Shown here in pieces: positions 48,963-59,750 of a stretch of 64,000 nt of DNA. The DNA is taken from assembly GCA_963703315.1 (NCBI GenBank), contig OY969811.1, positions 544,001 to 608,000 on the forward strand, given 5' to 3'. A model generated the notes under the pieces. The model was not told the DNA's origin. It saw only the letters and a program-made list of their open reading frames with translations, and ran no database searches. A program made the position numbers and the translations under genes. The number at the start of each line of letters is the position of its first letter. The stretch's first letter is position 1. This stretch comes from an uncultured cyanobacterium. Lineage in GTDB: Bacteria; Cyanobacteriota; Cyanobacteriia; Pseudanabaenales; Pseudanabaenaceae.

Positions 48963-50363
48963 TTAAGCCTTCGTTTTCTCCAACACAAAGTTACTCAGCG
49001 ATCGCTGTACTGACACAACGGGAATTTGCGAAATTGCCTCCGTTGCAAAGGCATAAGTCAGTAAGTTTGCTGCACTCTCCGCATCAATCGCTCGACTTTG
49101 GAGATAGAAGATTTCTTCAGCATCCAATTGGCTAACCGTTGCACCATGAGCGCACTTGACATTATCCGCAAAAATCTCTAACTGTGGCTTAGTATCCACT
49201 CGTGCTTTGCCCGATAGCAATAGATTACGGCTTAGCTGTGCCGAATCAGTCTGTTGAGCTAACTTTGCCACTTGGATTTTGCCATTAAAAACTGCATGAG
49301 AACGCCCATCGGCGATACACTTGTGCAACTGCTTACTGGAACCATGAGGATAGTTATGAGCAATCACCGAATGGGTATCCGCAAGCTGTTCACCATCGAT
49401 AAATGCCAGCCCTGTTAACGAAGTCTCTGTTTGCGATGCCATCTGCTGCACAATCAAGTTTTGACGCGAAATCTTAGCACCGAAATTGATGGATTGATTT
49501 TTATAGACACTATTCTGTGCTTGGGCGATCGCTGTTGTACTAATATGCACAGACTCATTACCTTGCCACTGCACATTAGTCTGATTGACCTGTGCGCCTT
49601 CCGCTAGCCAAACTTCCGTAACCGAGTTTGTGAAGTAGATTTGATTATCTTCCCCGACAAAGGTTTGGAAGAAGGTCAAATCACTATGGTTTTCGGCAAT
49701 TACTAAACAACGAGGTTGACTGATTAAGGTCGTATTTCCTGCCTGTGGAGCCGAGATAAACAGTAATTGAATCGGATTCTCAACTACAAGATTTTTGGGT
49801 ACAAGAATAATTGCTACATCTGACATACAAGCTGTATTCAGACTTGCAAAATAATCATTTGCATCGGGATGTTGGGCGAGGTGCGATCGCAACTTTGGCA
49901 AAATGCGATCGCCAAGAGTTGATAGCGTACCGAGGACTAAGCCCTCGGTGACATCGCTAATATCCGATAGATCCTTGCGATATTTCCCATTCACAAATAC
50001 AAGGCAATTACCTAGGGATTCTGGTGCAATATTGCGTGCTATTAATGCTTCAATATTTGCGTTACGAGAAGCGATCGCTTCTTGATTAGCAAATGTCAAA
50101 CTCCCTAAAGATGAAACATCGGTATATTTCCATTCTTCATCTTTGGTGGTGGGGAAAGAAAGACTGGATAGGCGATCGCTAGCCAATTGTCGCAAATTGC
50201 CCACAAATTCGCTTGTCTCTTGATCAAGACTAGCCAGATCAGCACGTAAGCTCACAACTTGATTAGTAAACTGTTTGCTATTAACCACCAATTTACTACG
50301 GGTACTCAATGCGCCCTTAAATTCTGATTGATCTTCCAATTGTTCCGAAACTTGAATAGCCAT
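48963..50363 (-). CDS. sufD: Fe-S cluster assembly protein SufD
   Basis: PTTKDEEWKYT, KPQLEIFADNVKCAHGATV and FYLQSRAI. Confidence 0.95.
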   Translation of the reverse strand: MAIQVSEQLEDQSEFKGALSTRSKLVVNSKQFTNQVVSLRADLASLDQETSEFVGNLRQLASDRLSSLSFPTTKDEEWKYTDVSSLGSLTFANQEAIASRNANIEALIARNIAPESLGNCLVFVNGKYRKDLSDISDVTEGLVLGTLSTLGDRILPKLRSHLAQHPDANDYFASLNTACMSDVAIILVPKNLVVENPIQLLFISAPQAGNTTLISQPRCLVIAENHSDLTFFQTFVGEDNQIYFTNSVTEVWLAEGAQVNQTNVQWQGNESVHISTTAIAQAQNSVYKNQSINFGAKISRQNLIVQQMASQTETSLTGLAFIDGEQLADTHSVIAHNYPHGSSKQLHKCIADGRSHAVFNGKIQVAKLAQQTDSAQLSRNLLLSGKARVDTKPQLEIFADNVKCAHGATVSQLDAEEIFYLQSRAIDAESAANLLTYAFATEAISQIPVVSVQRSLSNFVLEKTKA

Positions 50364-51145
50364 TATGCCAACACCGCCTCTTCTTCTTTGAGCCAGTCAT
50401 AGCCCTTCTCTTCTAGTTCTAGGGCTAATTCCTTACCACCCGTAAGAATGATCCTGCCATTTTCCATTACATGAATGAAGTCAGGAATGATGTAATTGAG
50501 CAAGCGCTGATAGTGAGTAATCACCAGTGAAGAATTTTGAGGCGTTGAGAGTTTATTCACACCACCTGCCACAATCCGCAATGCATCAATATCTAAGCCA
50601 GAATCAGTCTCGTCAAGAATGGCAAGGGTCGGATCGAGAATTGCCATCTGCAAAATCTCATTGCGTTTCTTTTCACCACCCGAAAATCCTTCGTTGACGC
50701 TACGGCTCAAGAATGATGGATTCATTTCCACAATTTCCAACTTTTCTTGAATGAAGTCATCAAAATCAATAATATCTAACTCTTCTAAACCCTTATGCTT
50801 TCGCAAATTGTTATAGGACAATCTCAAGAAGTCAGAATTTGTCACCCCTGGAATTTCCAGTGGATATTGAAAAGCTAAAAATATTCCTTCTCTAGATCTA
50901 ATTTCAGGTTCTAAATCTAAGAGATTTTTGCCCTTATACCAAATCTCGCCACCTGTGACGGTATAGGCAGGATGTCCCGCTAATACTTTGGAGAAGGTGC
51001 TTTTACCAGAGCCATTAGGACCCATAATTGCATGGACTTCACCAGCCTTAATTTCGAGATTTAGCCCTTTAAGAATCTGGACTCCATCCACTTCCGCAGT
51101 CAAATCCTTGACCGATAAAATTACTTCACTATTTTCGACAATCAT
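50363..51145 (-). CDS. sufC: Fe-S cluster assembly ATPase SufC
   Basis: [33 protein letters not shown] and ITHYQRLL. Confidence 0.97.
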   Translation of the reverse strand: MIVENSEVILSVKDLTAEVDGVQILKGLNLEIKAGEVHAIMGPNGSGKSTFSKVLAGHPAYTVTGGEIWYKGKNLLDLEPEIRSREGIFLAFQYPLEIPGVTNSDFLRLSYNNLRKHKGLEELDIIDFDDFIQEKLEIVEMNPSFLSRSVNEGFSGGEKKRNEILQMAILDPTLAILDETDSGLDIDALRIVAGGVNKLSTPQNSSLVITHYQRLLNYIIPDFIHVMENGRIILTGGKELALELEEKGYDWLKEEEAVLA

Positions 51146-51219
51146 CTCTTTTCTTTTAACAGTTACTTAATATTGTAATATGTAGTGGACAGATATTGGC
51201 ATTAGAAGAGTGAGAAACT

Positions 51220-51834
51220 ATGTCTTACAGTGCTTTTACGTTACGCAAAGCGAAGGAAGAACTAAATCTCAATTTTGTCGAAGGTGTAAGGTTTTTACCT
51301 GATTTAGATGTAATTACTCCTAGCACCAACCTGACTGAATTTTTACAAGAAAGTATCCCGCTAGCGATCGCTATGGGATCGGAAAAAGCGCGATCAGAAC
51401 TAATTATTTCGCCAATTCTATTTGAAGTTAGAAAACAGCTTAATCGCCAAATTAGTTTCTTTTCGGGGGAAGAGTTTAATGTTGATGAAAGCATTGGCTT
51501 AAATGGGGTTTGCGACTTCTTGATTAGTCGTTCAACTGAGCAACTTTTTGTAGAATCACCTGTGGTTGCGATCGTGGAAGCAAAAAAGGATGACTTGAAA
51601 TCTGGTTTAGGTCAATGTATTGCCGAAATGGTTGCTGCACAAAGATTTAACTTGAGTCGAGAGAATACTATTGACAAGATTTTTGGCTGTGTGACTAGTG
51701 GGAATCGTTGGATATTTTTGCAACTAAAAGAACAAACTTTAACTATAGACTTAGAAGAATATGTAGTTCCTCCTGTAGATTGGTTGCTTAATGTCCTAGC
51801 TTGGATGTGTAGACCAGATTTATTATTGCTGTAG
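51220..51834 (+). CDS. Cyanobacterial PD-(D/E)xK restriction-endonuclease-like protein
   Basis: SEKARSELII.PIL, GVCDFLI, VEAKK, GQCIAEM.AA and GCVTSG..W. Confidence 0.75.
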   Translation: MSYSAFTLRKAKEELNLNFVEGVRFLPDLDVITPSTNLTEFLQESIPLAIAMGSEKARSELIISPILFEVRKQLNRQISFFSGEEFNVDESIGLNGVCDFLISRSTEQLFVESPVVAIVEAKKDDLKSGLGQCIAEMVAAQRFNLSRENTIDKIFGCVTSGNRWIFLQLKEQTLTIDLEEYVVPPVDWLLNVLAWMCRPDLLLL

Positions 51835-51897
51835 GCTATAACTATTAATATAATTAGTTATAAAGTAGTTGATTAATCTTGCTTGTTATAAATATTT

Positions 51898-52605
51898 TTA
51901 TGCAGAAATATTTTGATTTTGTGTGTCTGGATTATTAATCTTTTCTAATTTATCTAAAAATTCTTCTCCTAATTTTGTAATTTCACAACATTGAGTCAAA
52001 TCAATAAAATCATTTTCTCCTTTAGCATAATTAGAGGTTTTCTCCAATTCTCCAACACTTTTGTAAGGGAGTTTAATCTTGATTAAATTAAGGTTTCTTA
52101 ATCGTCTCAATTCTACTGCGGCAAGTTGCGTAACATAGAACTTAAATTCGGTTTTATTTTCACTATGTTGTTTAAGTTCTTTTAGCTTGTCAGCTTCCTG
52201 AAAAGTCAGAAGAAAACGATACATAAACTGTTGAAGTTTATCTATTTCGTCAATTTGCTTTTGTTGAAGTCTATTAATTTCTTCTTCGTTTTGAGCTACT
52301 TTGCTTTCTAAAACTCTAAATTTAGCTTTGAATCCTTGAGGTGACAAATCCAGACTTTCAAATATCTTTGATGCTTGTGGTTGAAACAGAAAAACAATTA
52401 CAATTAATGTGATATCAGAAAATGTAAAGTCGGGAGATTTAATGCTGTCAATATAAGTTTTTTCTTTGTTACTTAGATGTAAGTTAACATTTATTCCTGT
52501 TTGAACTATGGGGAAAACTATAAATTTAACAGCCAAATAGCTTAATATGAACAAAGAACTAATCTTTGAAAAACTTGAAATTTCTTTTGGAGTCTTTTGA
52601 TGCAT
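51898..52605 (-). CDS. Hypothetical membrane protein with two TM segments, coiled coil and wHTH-like C-terminus
   Basis: Two hydrophobic segments; ELRRLRNLNLI...EITKLGEEFL; very AT-rich with no HIP1. Confidence 0.65.
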   Translation of the reverse strand: MHQKTPKEISSFSKISSLFILSYLAVKFIVFPIVQTGINVNLHLSNKEKTYIDSIKSPDFTFSDITLIVIVFLFQPQASKIFESLDLSPQGFKAKFRVLESKVAQNEEEINRLQQKQIDEIDKLQQFMYRFLLTFQEADKLKELKQHSENKTEFKFYVTQLAAVELRRLRNLNLIKIKLPYKSVGELEKTSNYAKGENDFIDLTQCCEITKLGEEFLDKLEKINNPDTQNQNISA

Positions 52606-52862
52606 TGATTATTAGCTCTTCAGTGTCTTCTTTTCCCTGCTTTTGTTATGTGAATCGAGGATTTGATGTTCAATCATCTATTTTGGATTGTATGACATCT
52701 CTATTAATACTACTAGAAGTAATAAAAATTAGTGATTTCATCGCTAACTATTCCCTCAAATGATGATTAATATAGATGCCTTACAGTCTTTATTGTCAAG
52801 GAAAAATTATAAGTTATCGTTAAAACTATTTTCAGGAAACCTCTTCCTGACTTGATAGATCC

Positions 52863-54299
52863 TTAACCAACACTATTTTCTAACTTCAAAGCCAAAAGCT
52901 TGTCCGCCTCAACTGCAAACTCCATCGGCAAAGCGTTAAATACTTCCTTACAGAAGCCGCTAATGATCATGGAGACAGCATCTTCTACCGCGATACCGCG
53001 TTGTTGAAAATAGAAGAGTTGCTCTTCGCCAATCTTAGAAGTAGAGGCTTCATGCTCAACTCTAGCGGTATTATTTTGAACTTGGATATAGGGGAAAGTA
53101 TTCGCCTGTGAGCAATCACCGATTAGCATCGAGTCACATTGAGAATAATTTCTCGCGCCTTCAGCTTTCGGTGAAATCTTCACTAATCCGCGATAGCTAT
53201 TTTGAGAGCCACCTGCGGAAATACCTTTGGAAACGATTTTACTGCGGGTATTTTTGCCGATATGCACCATTTTGGAGCCTGTATCAGCTTGCTGCTTATT
53301 GTTAGTCAGTGCAACTGAATAAAACTCACCAACGGAATTTTCGCCAACTAATACACAGCTAGGATATTTCCATGTAATTGCTGAACCTGTTTCTACTTGT
53401 GTCCAAGAGATTTTCGAGTTTTTGCCTTGGCATAAACCGCGCTTGGTTACAAAGTTATAAATTCCGCCTTTGCCATTTTTATCGCCAGCGTACCAGTTCT
53501 GCACGGTGGAATATTTGACTTCCGCATCATCGAGGGCGACTATTTCCACTACAGCAGCGTGCAGTTGATTGGTATCAAACATCGGTGCAGTACAGCCTTC
53601 GAGATAGCTCACGTAGCTACCTTCTTCAGCAACGATCAGGGTACGCTCAAACTGTCCAGAATCGCCGTTATTAATACGGAAATAGGTGGACAAGTCCATT
53701 GGACATTTCACACCTTTAGGGATGTAAACGAAGGAACCATCGCTAAATACGGCGGCGTTGAGTGCCGAGAAATAGTTATCGGCGATCGGGACGACACTGG
53801 CTAAATATTTTTTGATTAGTTCGGGATATTCATGCATCGCTTCCGAGATCGAGCAGAAGATTACGCCAACTTTGGCTAAATCTTTTTTAAATGTGGTGGC
53901 GACGGAAACGCTGTCAAAAATCGCATCTACAGCGACATTAGCGAGACGTTTTTGTTCATTAAGGGAAATACCTAGTTTCTCGAAGGTGTCCAGCAATTCG
54001 GGATCGACTTCATCAAGGCTTGCCTTTTTCTTAGACTGCTTGGGTGCGGAATAGTAAACGATATCTTGATAATTAATCGCAGGATAATCAACGTGCGCCC
54101 AAGTCGGTTCTTGCATCTTTAACCATTGGCGATACGCTTTGAGGCGAAATTCCAGCATATATTCTGGCTCATTTTTCTTAGCCGAAATCATGCGAACGAC
54201 ATCTTCGCTAAGCCCGCGAGGAATCGTGTCCGACTCAATAGACGTAACAAATCCGTATTTATATGGTTGGTTGACAAGTGCTTGAACCGTTGCAGTCAT
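52863..54299 (-). CDS. sufB: Fe-S cluster assembly protein SufB
   Basis: [29 protein letters not shown] and EHEASTSKI. Confidence 0.97.
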   Translation of the reverse strand: MTATVQALVNQPYKYGFVTSIESDTIPRGLSEDVVRMISAKKNEPEYMLEFRLKAYRQWLKMQEPTWAHVDYPAINYQDIVYYSAPKQSKKKASLDEVDPELLDTFEKLGISLNEQKRLANVAVDAIFDSVSVATTFKKDLAKVGVIFCSISEAMHEYPELIKKYLASVVPIADNYFSALNAAVFSDGSFVYIPKGVKCPMDLSTYFRINNGDSGQFERTLIVAEEGSYVSYLEGCTAPMFDTNQLHAAVVEIVALDDAEVKYSTVQNWYAGDKNGKGGIYNFVTKRGLCQGKNSKISWTQVETGSAITWKYPSCVLVGENSVGEFYSVALTNNKQQADTGSKMVHIGKNTRSKIVSKGISAGGSQNSYRGLVKISPKAEGARNYSQCDSMLIGDCSQANTFPYIQVQNNTARVEHEASTSKIGEEQLFYFQQRGIAVEDAVSMIISGFCKEVFNALPMEFAVEADKLLALKLENSVG

Positions 54300-54361
54300 G
54301 TCAGTTGATGCTCCTGATGGTTTATGTGTAAAGGTATTGCTTCGCGATACTTTTACTGGAA

Positions 54362-54422
54362 TAAAACAACTTACTTGTTTCTTTACTAATTGTAGGTTAC
54401 ATTAACAACATACAAGTTGTCA
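54362..54422. promoter_or_regulatory. Two SufR operator sites in the divergent sufB-sufR promoter
   Basis: TAAAACAAC-ttactt-GTTTCTTTA (54362-54385) and CAAC-atacaa-GTTG (54406-54419) match the known cyanobacterial SufR CAAC-N6-GTTG operator pair. Confidence 0.85.
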
Positions 54423-54474
54423 AAGTCATTTTTCTCGGCTTGAGCAAAGTCTACTGCCATCAGGAGCTGATTCC

Positions 54475-55188
54475 ATGAAAACTCCCATCGGCGTTACTGA
54501 GATGATTACGCCAGACTTAAAGCTAGATATTAAAGTCGATGCGAAGCATGAATCTAAGCATGACACTAAGCAAGATATTTTGCAGCATTTGCTAAAGCGT
54601 GGCGAAGTGACCGCCCAAGATTTGGCAGAAAGACTGGATATTAGTCCCCAAGCGATTCGTAAGCATTTAAAGGATTTGGAGACTGAGGGGCTAATCTATC
54701 ACACTGCCGAGCAGGTGGGCATGGGTCGTCCGCAATTTATTTATGCTTTGACAGTGGCGGGACGCGATCGCTTTCCTGATAGCTACAACCAGTTTGCCGT
54801 AAATTTCTTAGATACGCTGATTGATACCTTAGGCAAAGAGCAAGTATCTGAGGTGTTGCAAAAGCAATGGCAACGCAAGGCACAAAACTATAAGTCGCAA
54901 TTGGGAGGGATTTCGCTAAAACAAAGACTAGAAAAATTAGCTGAAATTCGCCGTTCCGAAGGATATGTAACGGAGTGGTTTCCTGTAGAAGGTAAAACTC
55001 AAAGTTTTATTTTTACAGAATATAACTGTGCGATCGCCCATGTTGCAGAGTCTTTCCCCAGTGTATGTGGACATGAATTAGAGATGTTTGCTACTGTTCT
55101 CGATTGCTCTGTAAAGCGTACGCATTGGATGGTTGATGGCGAACATCGTTGTGGATATTTAATTCAGGAGCAAGATCTTAGTGGTTAG
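54475..55188 (+). CDS. sufR: Iron-sulfur cluster biosynthesis regulator SufR
   Basis: HTH (ISPQAIRKHLKDL, GMGRP) and Cys ligands EYNCAI, VCGHEL and EHRCGY; divergent from sufB. Confidence 0.95.
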   Translation: MKTPIGVTEMITPDLKLDIKVDAKHESKHDTKQDILQHLLKRGEVTAQDLAERLDISPQAIRKHLKDLETEGLIYHTAEQVGMGRPQFIYALTVAGRDRFPDSYNQFAVNFLDTLIDTLGKEQVSEVLQKQWQRKAQNYKSQLGGISLKQRLEKLAEIRRSEGYVTEWFPVEGKTQSFIFTEYNCAIAHVAESFPSVCGHELEMFATVLDCSVKRTHWMVDGEHRCGYLIQEQDLSG

Positions 55189-55322
55189 CTATTAGCTGTT
55201 AGCTTCACAAATAGAGATGATTTCGATTAGCATAGGTATTAGTAGTTATAGTTTTTAGGGAATGTGATGCAAAGCGTCACATTCCCTAATCCTAGTAGTT
55301 TTGATCTAAATCAAGGAAAAAT

Positions 55323-55559
55323 ATGAGTTTAACTTTAACCAGAGATAATGTTGAGAATGTTCTTGATGAATTGCGTCCTTATCTAATGTCAGATGGTGGC
55401 AATGTGGAACTTGTCGAAATCGAAGGTCCAATTGTGAGATTACGATTGCAAGGTGCTTGTGGATCTTGTCCTAGTTCGGCGATGACGTTGAGAATGGGAA
55501 TTGAGCGCAAATTAAAGGAAGAAATTCCTGAAATTGACGAAATCGAGCAGGTCTATTAA
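55323..55559 (+). CDS. nfuA: NifU-like/NfuA Fe-S carrier
   Basis: [12 protein letters not shown] and [11 protein letters not shown]. Confidence 0.92.
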   Translation: MSLTLTRDNVENVLDELRPYLMSDGGNVELVEIEGPIVRLRLQGACGSCPSSAMTLRMGIERKLKEEIPEIDEIEQVY

Positions 55560-55588
55560 CAAAAAGACTAAAGGTCGTTTGATTTAAC

Positions 55589-55643
55589 CAAGAACCGATT
55601 TTTATTGGTGCGGCTTCGCCGCACCAATAAAAATCGGTTCTTG
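55589..55643. repeat. Palindromic repeat
   Basis: caagaaccgatttttattggtgcggc-ttc-gccgcaccaataaaaatcggttcttg. Confidence 0.85.
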
Positions 55644-55767
55644 ATCTTAAAATATTTGAAGAAGTATTGCGATCGCGCTCAAAAGCAGTATTCCTTCGCG
55701 GTACTTCGCAATACTTGGCAGTATAATAGCGATCGCTATCTCCTACCTTGTAAGTATAAATACTCTC

Positions 55768-56730
55768 TTGATTTCCCTTGAATCTGTCACCGCAATTTAT
55801 CATCAGCCTTTGCTGTCTCTAATATTTGAGGCACAGTCCATCCATCGTCAGCATCACCAGAATGATACGGTGCAGATGTGTACACTCTCTAATATCAAGT
55901 CGGGGCGTTGTCCTGAAGATTGTAAATATTGTCCTCAAAGTGCGCGTTATCCTACGGGAGTAGAGACTTATCCTCTATTGCCACTAGAGGAAGTAATCAG
56001 TCAAGCAAATGACGCTAAGCAGCATGGGGCGACTCGGTTCTGTATGGGGGCGGCATGGCGCAATGCTCCTGACGGAGAAGAGTTTGAGAGGGTGTTGCAA
56101 ATGGTGGAAGCCGTAGCAGGAATGGGAATGGAAGCCTGTGTAACAATGGGAATGTTGCGTCCAGAGCAAGCCCAACGTTTAGCCAAAGCGGGTTTAACTG
56201 CCTATAACCATAACCTCGATACTTCCGAAAGTTTCTATCCTGAAATTATTACGACTCGTACCTATCGCGATCGCCTTGAGACAATTCAGTATGTTGCTGA
56301 AGCAGGGATTCAAGTCTGTTGTGGTGGTATCGTTGGCATGGGGGAAACTGACAGCGATCGCATTGATCTTTTGCATACTCTGGCAAATCTTCATCCTCAA
56401 CCAGAATCGGTTCCAATTAATGCTCTTTCTCCTGTTGAGGGAACTCCATTTGGAGATGTCCCAGTGATCGATCCTTTGGTTTTAGTACGAATGGTAGCTA
56501 CGGCGAGGATTCTGATGCCAAAGGCAGTTGTGAGACTTTCCGCAGGACGCGATCGCCTCAGTGTTTCCGATCAGGCTTTATGCTTTCTTGCAGGAGCAAA
56601 TTCAATATTTTCCAGTGAGAAGTTATTGACTACGGCTAATCCCGATTGGCAAGACGATGCAGAAATGTTCCAAAAACTAGGTGTTAAACCCAAAGAATTA
56701 GCTTTAGATAATGAGCTTGCAGTGAAATAA
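55768..56730 (+). CDS. bioB: Biotin synthase
   Basis: CPEDCKYCPQS, RFCMGAAWR, YNHNLDTS, VPIN and RLSAGR. Confidence 0.96.
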   Translation: MISLESVTAIYHQPLLSLIFEAQSIHRQHHQNDTVQMCTLSNIKSGRCPEDCKYCPQSARYPTGVETYPLLPLEEVISQANDAKQHGATRFCMGAAWRNAPDGEEFERVLQMVEAVAGMGMEACVTMGMLRPEQAQRLAKAGLTAYNHNLDTSESFYPEIITTRTYRDRLETIQYVAEAGIQVCCGGIVGMGETDSDRIDLLHTLANLHPQPESVPINALSPVEGTPFGDVPVIDPLVLVRMVATARILMPKAVVRLSAGRDRLSVSDQALCFLAGANSIFSSEKLLTTANPDWQDDAEMFQKLGVKPKELALDNELAVK

Positions 56731-56784
56731 GGAATCAGAATTTTGTGGCGCGGCGAAGCCGCGCCACAAAATTCTGATTCCTTA
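56728..56784. repeat. Palindromic repeat starting at the bioB stop codon
   Basis: taaggaatcagaattttgtggcgcggc-gaa-gccgcgccacaaaattctgattcctta. Confidence 0.85.
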
Positions 56785-56827
56785 CCAGCAGGTTATACTG
56801 AAAATATTCAGCAGCAAAGGTAAAGCG

Positions 56828-57415
56828 ATGATCCAAACTTTAGCTAAGGCAGAAAATCAATATTTGGTTAAATGGGCGGTCACTTGGGAGCAGTTTAAAA
56901 CTTTGCAATCCGCCTTTGATGAGATTGGTGGGGTGCGGCTTAGTTATTGCGAAGGAATAGTGGAAATTATGGGCATTGGGTTACAGCATGAAAAGATTTG
57001 TGTTTTGTTAACTTTATTGCTTGGACAATATTTTTTGATAAATCGTATCCGCTTCATCGCCACAGGTGCTTATACCCAAAAAATTGAACCTAATGTTGAA
57101 TATCAGGCTGACTTATCCTATTGCTTTGATACGGAGAAAGAGGTATCTGATCTCTGTATTGAAGTGGTGATTACTAGCGGCAATGTGAAGAAGTTGCGGA
57201 AGTATCAGTTGCGCGGTGTCCCTGAAGTTTGGTTTTGGGAAGATGGCAAAATTAGTATTTATCGCTTAGAGAATAATGAGTATATAGAAGTTGAAACCAG
57301 TATCTGTTTGCCTGAGTTAGATATTGCTCATTTAGAACAATGCTTATTAATGGATTCACAGTTGGATGCAATGACCGCTTTTGAAGAAAAATATGCTAGT
57401 AAGTTCACCTCTTAA
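56828..57415 (+). CDS. Uma2 family endonuclease
   Basis: QADLSYCF, DLCIEVVITSG and KYQLRGVPEVWFW. Confidence 0.9.
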   Translation: MIQTLAKAENQYLVKWAVTWEQFKTLQSAFDEIGGVRLSYCEGIVEIMGIGLQHEKICVLLTLLLGQYFLINRIRFIATGAYTQKIEPNVEYQADLSYCFDTEKEVSDLCIEVVITSGNVKKLRKYQLRGVPEVWFWEDGKISIYRLENNEYIEVETSICLPELDIAHLEQCLLMDSQLDAMTAFEEKYASKFTS

Positions 57416-57428
57416 TGTCCTACCTTAT

Positions 57429-57489
57429 ACAAAACCCCAGAAAGAGAGTGGCGGCGCTCCGCGCCGCCACTCTCTTTCTGGGGTTTTGT
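57429..57489. repeat. Family C-type palindrome
   Basis: acaaaaccccagaaagagagtggcggcgc-tcc-gcgccgccactctctttctggggttttgt followed by cctaagcaaaact. Confidence 0.85.
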
Positions 57490-57542
57490 CCTAAGCAAAA
57501 CTTTTAAAGAAGAGTTGCACCGCAACTCTTCTTTTGGCATTA

Positions 57543-59750
57543 CTATGCAAACTCAGGTCTACCCTGCGACATAAAGTGTTTTTGAGAACTCATCTCAGGC
57601 TCACCCTCCTTCGGAGTTCTTTGCGTATATGTACCATCAGACTTAAGATCCCACGCTTGGCGATTGTCTGCGAGGACAATTTCTAAAATCTGTTTGAGTT
57701 CCTTGACTAGAGATGCATCTTCGATGGGAGTAATCACTTCTACACGGGCATCAAGATTGCGAGGCATCCAGTCAGCACTGCCGATATATACCTCCTCTTG
57801 TCCGCCATTACTAAAGTAAAAGATGCGCGAATGTTCTAAAAAGCGACCAATCACACTAATGACCCGAATGCGATCGCTTAAGCCTTTGACCTTAGGACGC
57901 AGACAGCACATCCCGCGAATAATCAGGTCAATATTCACACCTTCTTGCGAAGCCTCATAAAGAGCCGAGATAATTTCAGGATCAACTAGTGAATTCATCT
58001 TCGCAATGATATAAGAGGGATAGCCTTGCTTTTGATGTTCGATTTCCCGTTCAATCAACTTCAAAAACTTCTCACGCATATTTACAGGCGCAACTAGCAG
58101 CTTGCGATATTCGCGTTGACGAGAATATCCAGTCAAATAGTTGAACAAATCTGTCAAATCTGCACCCAAATCATTACTACTGCTAAATATGCCGAGATCA
58201 CTATAAAATCTGGCGGTTTTGGGATTGTAGTTACCAGTACCGATATGCACATACCGTACTAAGCGATCGCCTTCTTGACGGACTACCAATGCTGTTTTTG
58301 TATGGGTCTTAAGGTTCTTCAATCCATAAACTACGTGTACACCAGCATTCTCTAATTTCTTTGCCCAGAGAATATTATTTGCTTCATCAAACCTTGCCTT
58401 TAGTTCCACCAGCACAGCTACCTGCTTACCATTTTCGGCGGCGCGAATCAGTGCATGGACAATCGGTGAGTCTCCAGAGGTGCGGTATAGAGTTTGCTTG
58501 ATCGCCAGCACATTAGGATCAAGTGCTGCTTCTTCGATAAATCGCTGGACTGTCGTTGTAAAAGATTGATAGGGATGATGTACGAGAAAGTCACCTTCAC
58601 TAATAATATCAAAGATGTTTTTTTCATCATCTGTTGCCTTGAGTCTGGGATGGGTCACTGATTTCCAAGGTTGATCTTGATGCTCAGGAATGGGCAAAAA
58701 AGCGATCGCCATCAGATCGCCTAAGCCAATCAGCCCCGGAATATCATAGACATCGGCTTCGGTGATACTCAACTGCTCAATTAACTTTTTGCGAATCTCC
58801 TTCGGTACATTGTTAGCAATTTCCATCCGAACGACCGAGCCGAATTTCTGCTTGCGTAACTCTTCTTGCAACGCGGAGATTAAATCATCGGCTTCCTCTT
58901 CTTCGATATCTAGTTCTGCATCACGGGTAATCCGAAATGGATAATAATTGAGAATCTCCATACCTGGAAATAAGGCTTCGAGATTATGGGCGATTACTTG
59001 TTCTAAAGGTACAAAGGTATGCCCTTTAGTCTCAGGGATTTTGACAAAACGCGGTAAAACATTCGGAACTTTAACCCGCGCAAAATTTTCTTCGCCTGTT
59101 TCGCGATCGCGCACAATTACAACTAAACTCAAACTGAGATTAGAGATGTAGGGAAATGGATGGGCAGGATCGACGGCGAGGGGCGTAAGTACGGGAAATA
59201 ATTTGTCTTGAAAATAGGTCTTAAGATAATGCTGATGCTTCTTATCAATGTCTTTATAATCGAGTAACTTCACTCCATGCTTATGCAATTCTGGACGGAG
59301 TGTATTCTCAAAGAACTCATGTTGCATCGTCACTAATGGCAAAAGCGCTTTGCGAATCACTTTTAATTGTTTATCTGGATTCAGACCATCATCGGTGATG
59401 ATATCCATCTGCTCAGCAAACTTTTTCTTGACGCGAGCCACTCTCACCATAAAGAACTCATCAAGGTTTGTACTAAAAATCGCAAAAAACTTAGCACGTT
59501 CTAGTAGTGATGTGCGCGAGTCAATTCCTTCACTCAAGACCCTCTTATTAAAGGCAATCCAACTTAATTCGCGATTGAAAAAATACAGTGATCGGTCAAC
59601 GGAGCTTTCTAATTTGGGATCGGTTTGGGCGATCGCCAATGCATCTTGGCTCAACTGCGGCTCCATAGAAGAAATATCTAATGGTGCGACTGGTGTCTCT
59701 ACAATATTTTCTGAATTTTTCGTGGTTAAATCTTTTTTAGTTCTAGTCAT
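57543..59750 (-). CDS. ppk1: Polyphosphate kinase 1
   Basis: FNRELSW, NLDEFFMVRVA, HPFPYISN, HHPY, TLYRTSG, ELKARFDE and RFLEHSR. Confidence 0.97.
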   Translation of the reverse strand: MTRTKKDLTTKNSENIVETPVAPLDISSMEPQLSQDALAIAQTDPKLESSVDRSLYFFNRELSWIAFNKRVLSEGIDSRTSLLERAKFFAIFSTNLDEFFMVRVARVKKKFAEQMDIITDDGLNPDKQLKVIRKALLPLVTMQHEFFENTLRPELHKHGVKLLDYKDIDKKHQHYLKTYFQDKLFPVLTPLAVDPAHPFPYISNLSLSLVVIVRDRETGEENFARVKVPNVLPRFVKIPETKGHTFVPLEQVIAHNLEALFPGMEILNYYPFRITRDAELDIEEEEADDLISALQEELRKQKFGSVVRMEIANNVPKEIRKKLIEQLSITEADVYDIPGLIGLGDLMAIAFLPIPEHQDQPWKSVTHPRLKATDDEKNIFDIISEGDFLVHHPYQSFTTTVQRFIEEAALDPNVLAIKQTLYRTSGDSPIVHALIRAAENGKQVAVLVELKARFDEANNILWAKKLENAGVHVVYGLKNLKTHTKTALVVRQEGDRLVRYVHIGTGNYNPKTARFYSDLGIFSSSNDLGADLTDLFNYLTGYSRQREYRKLLVAPVNMREKFLKLIEREIEHQKQGYPSYIIAKMNSLVDPEIISALYEASQEGVNIDLIIRGMCCLRPKVKGLSDRIRVISVIGRFLEHSRIFYFSNGGQEEVYIGSADWMPRNLDARVEVITPIEDASLVKELKQILEIVLADNRQAWDLKSDGTYTQRTPKEGEPEMSSQKHFMSQGRPEFA

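Noticed and set aside
52606..52862. Short ORFs upstream of the 235-aa membrane protein, including 52566..52763
   Set aside because: Short, AT-rich and without motif support; they cannot be distinguished from chance.
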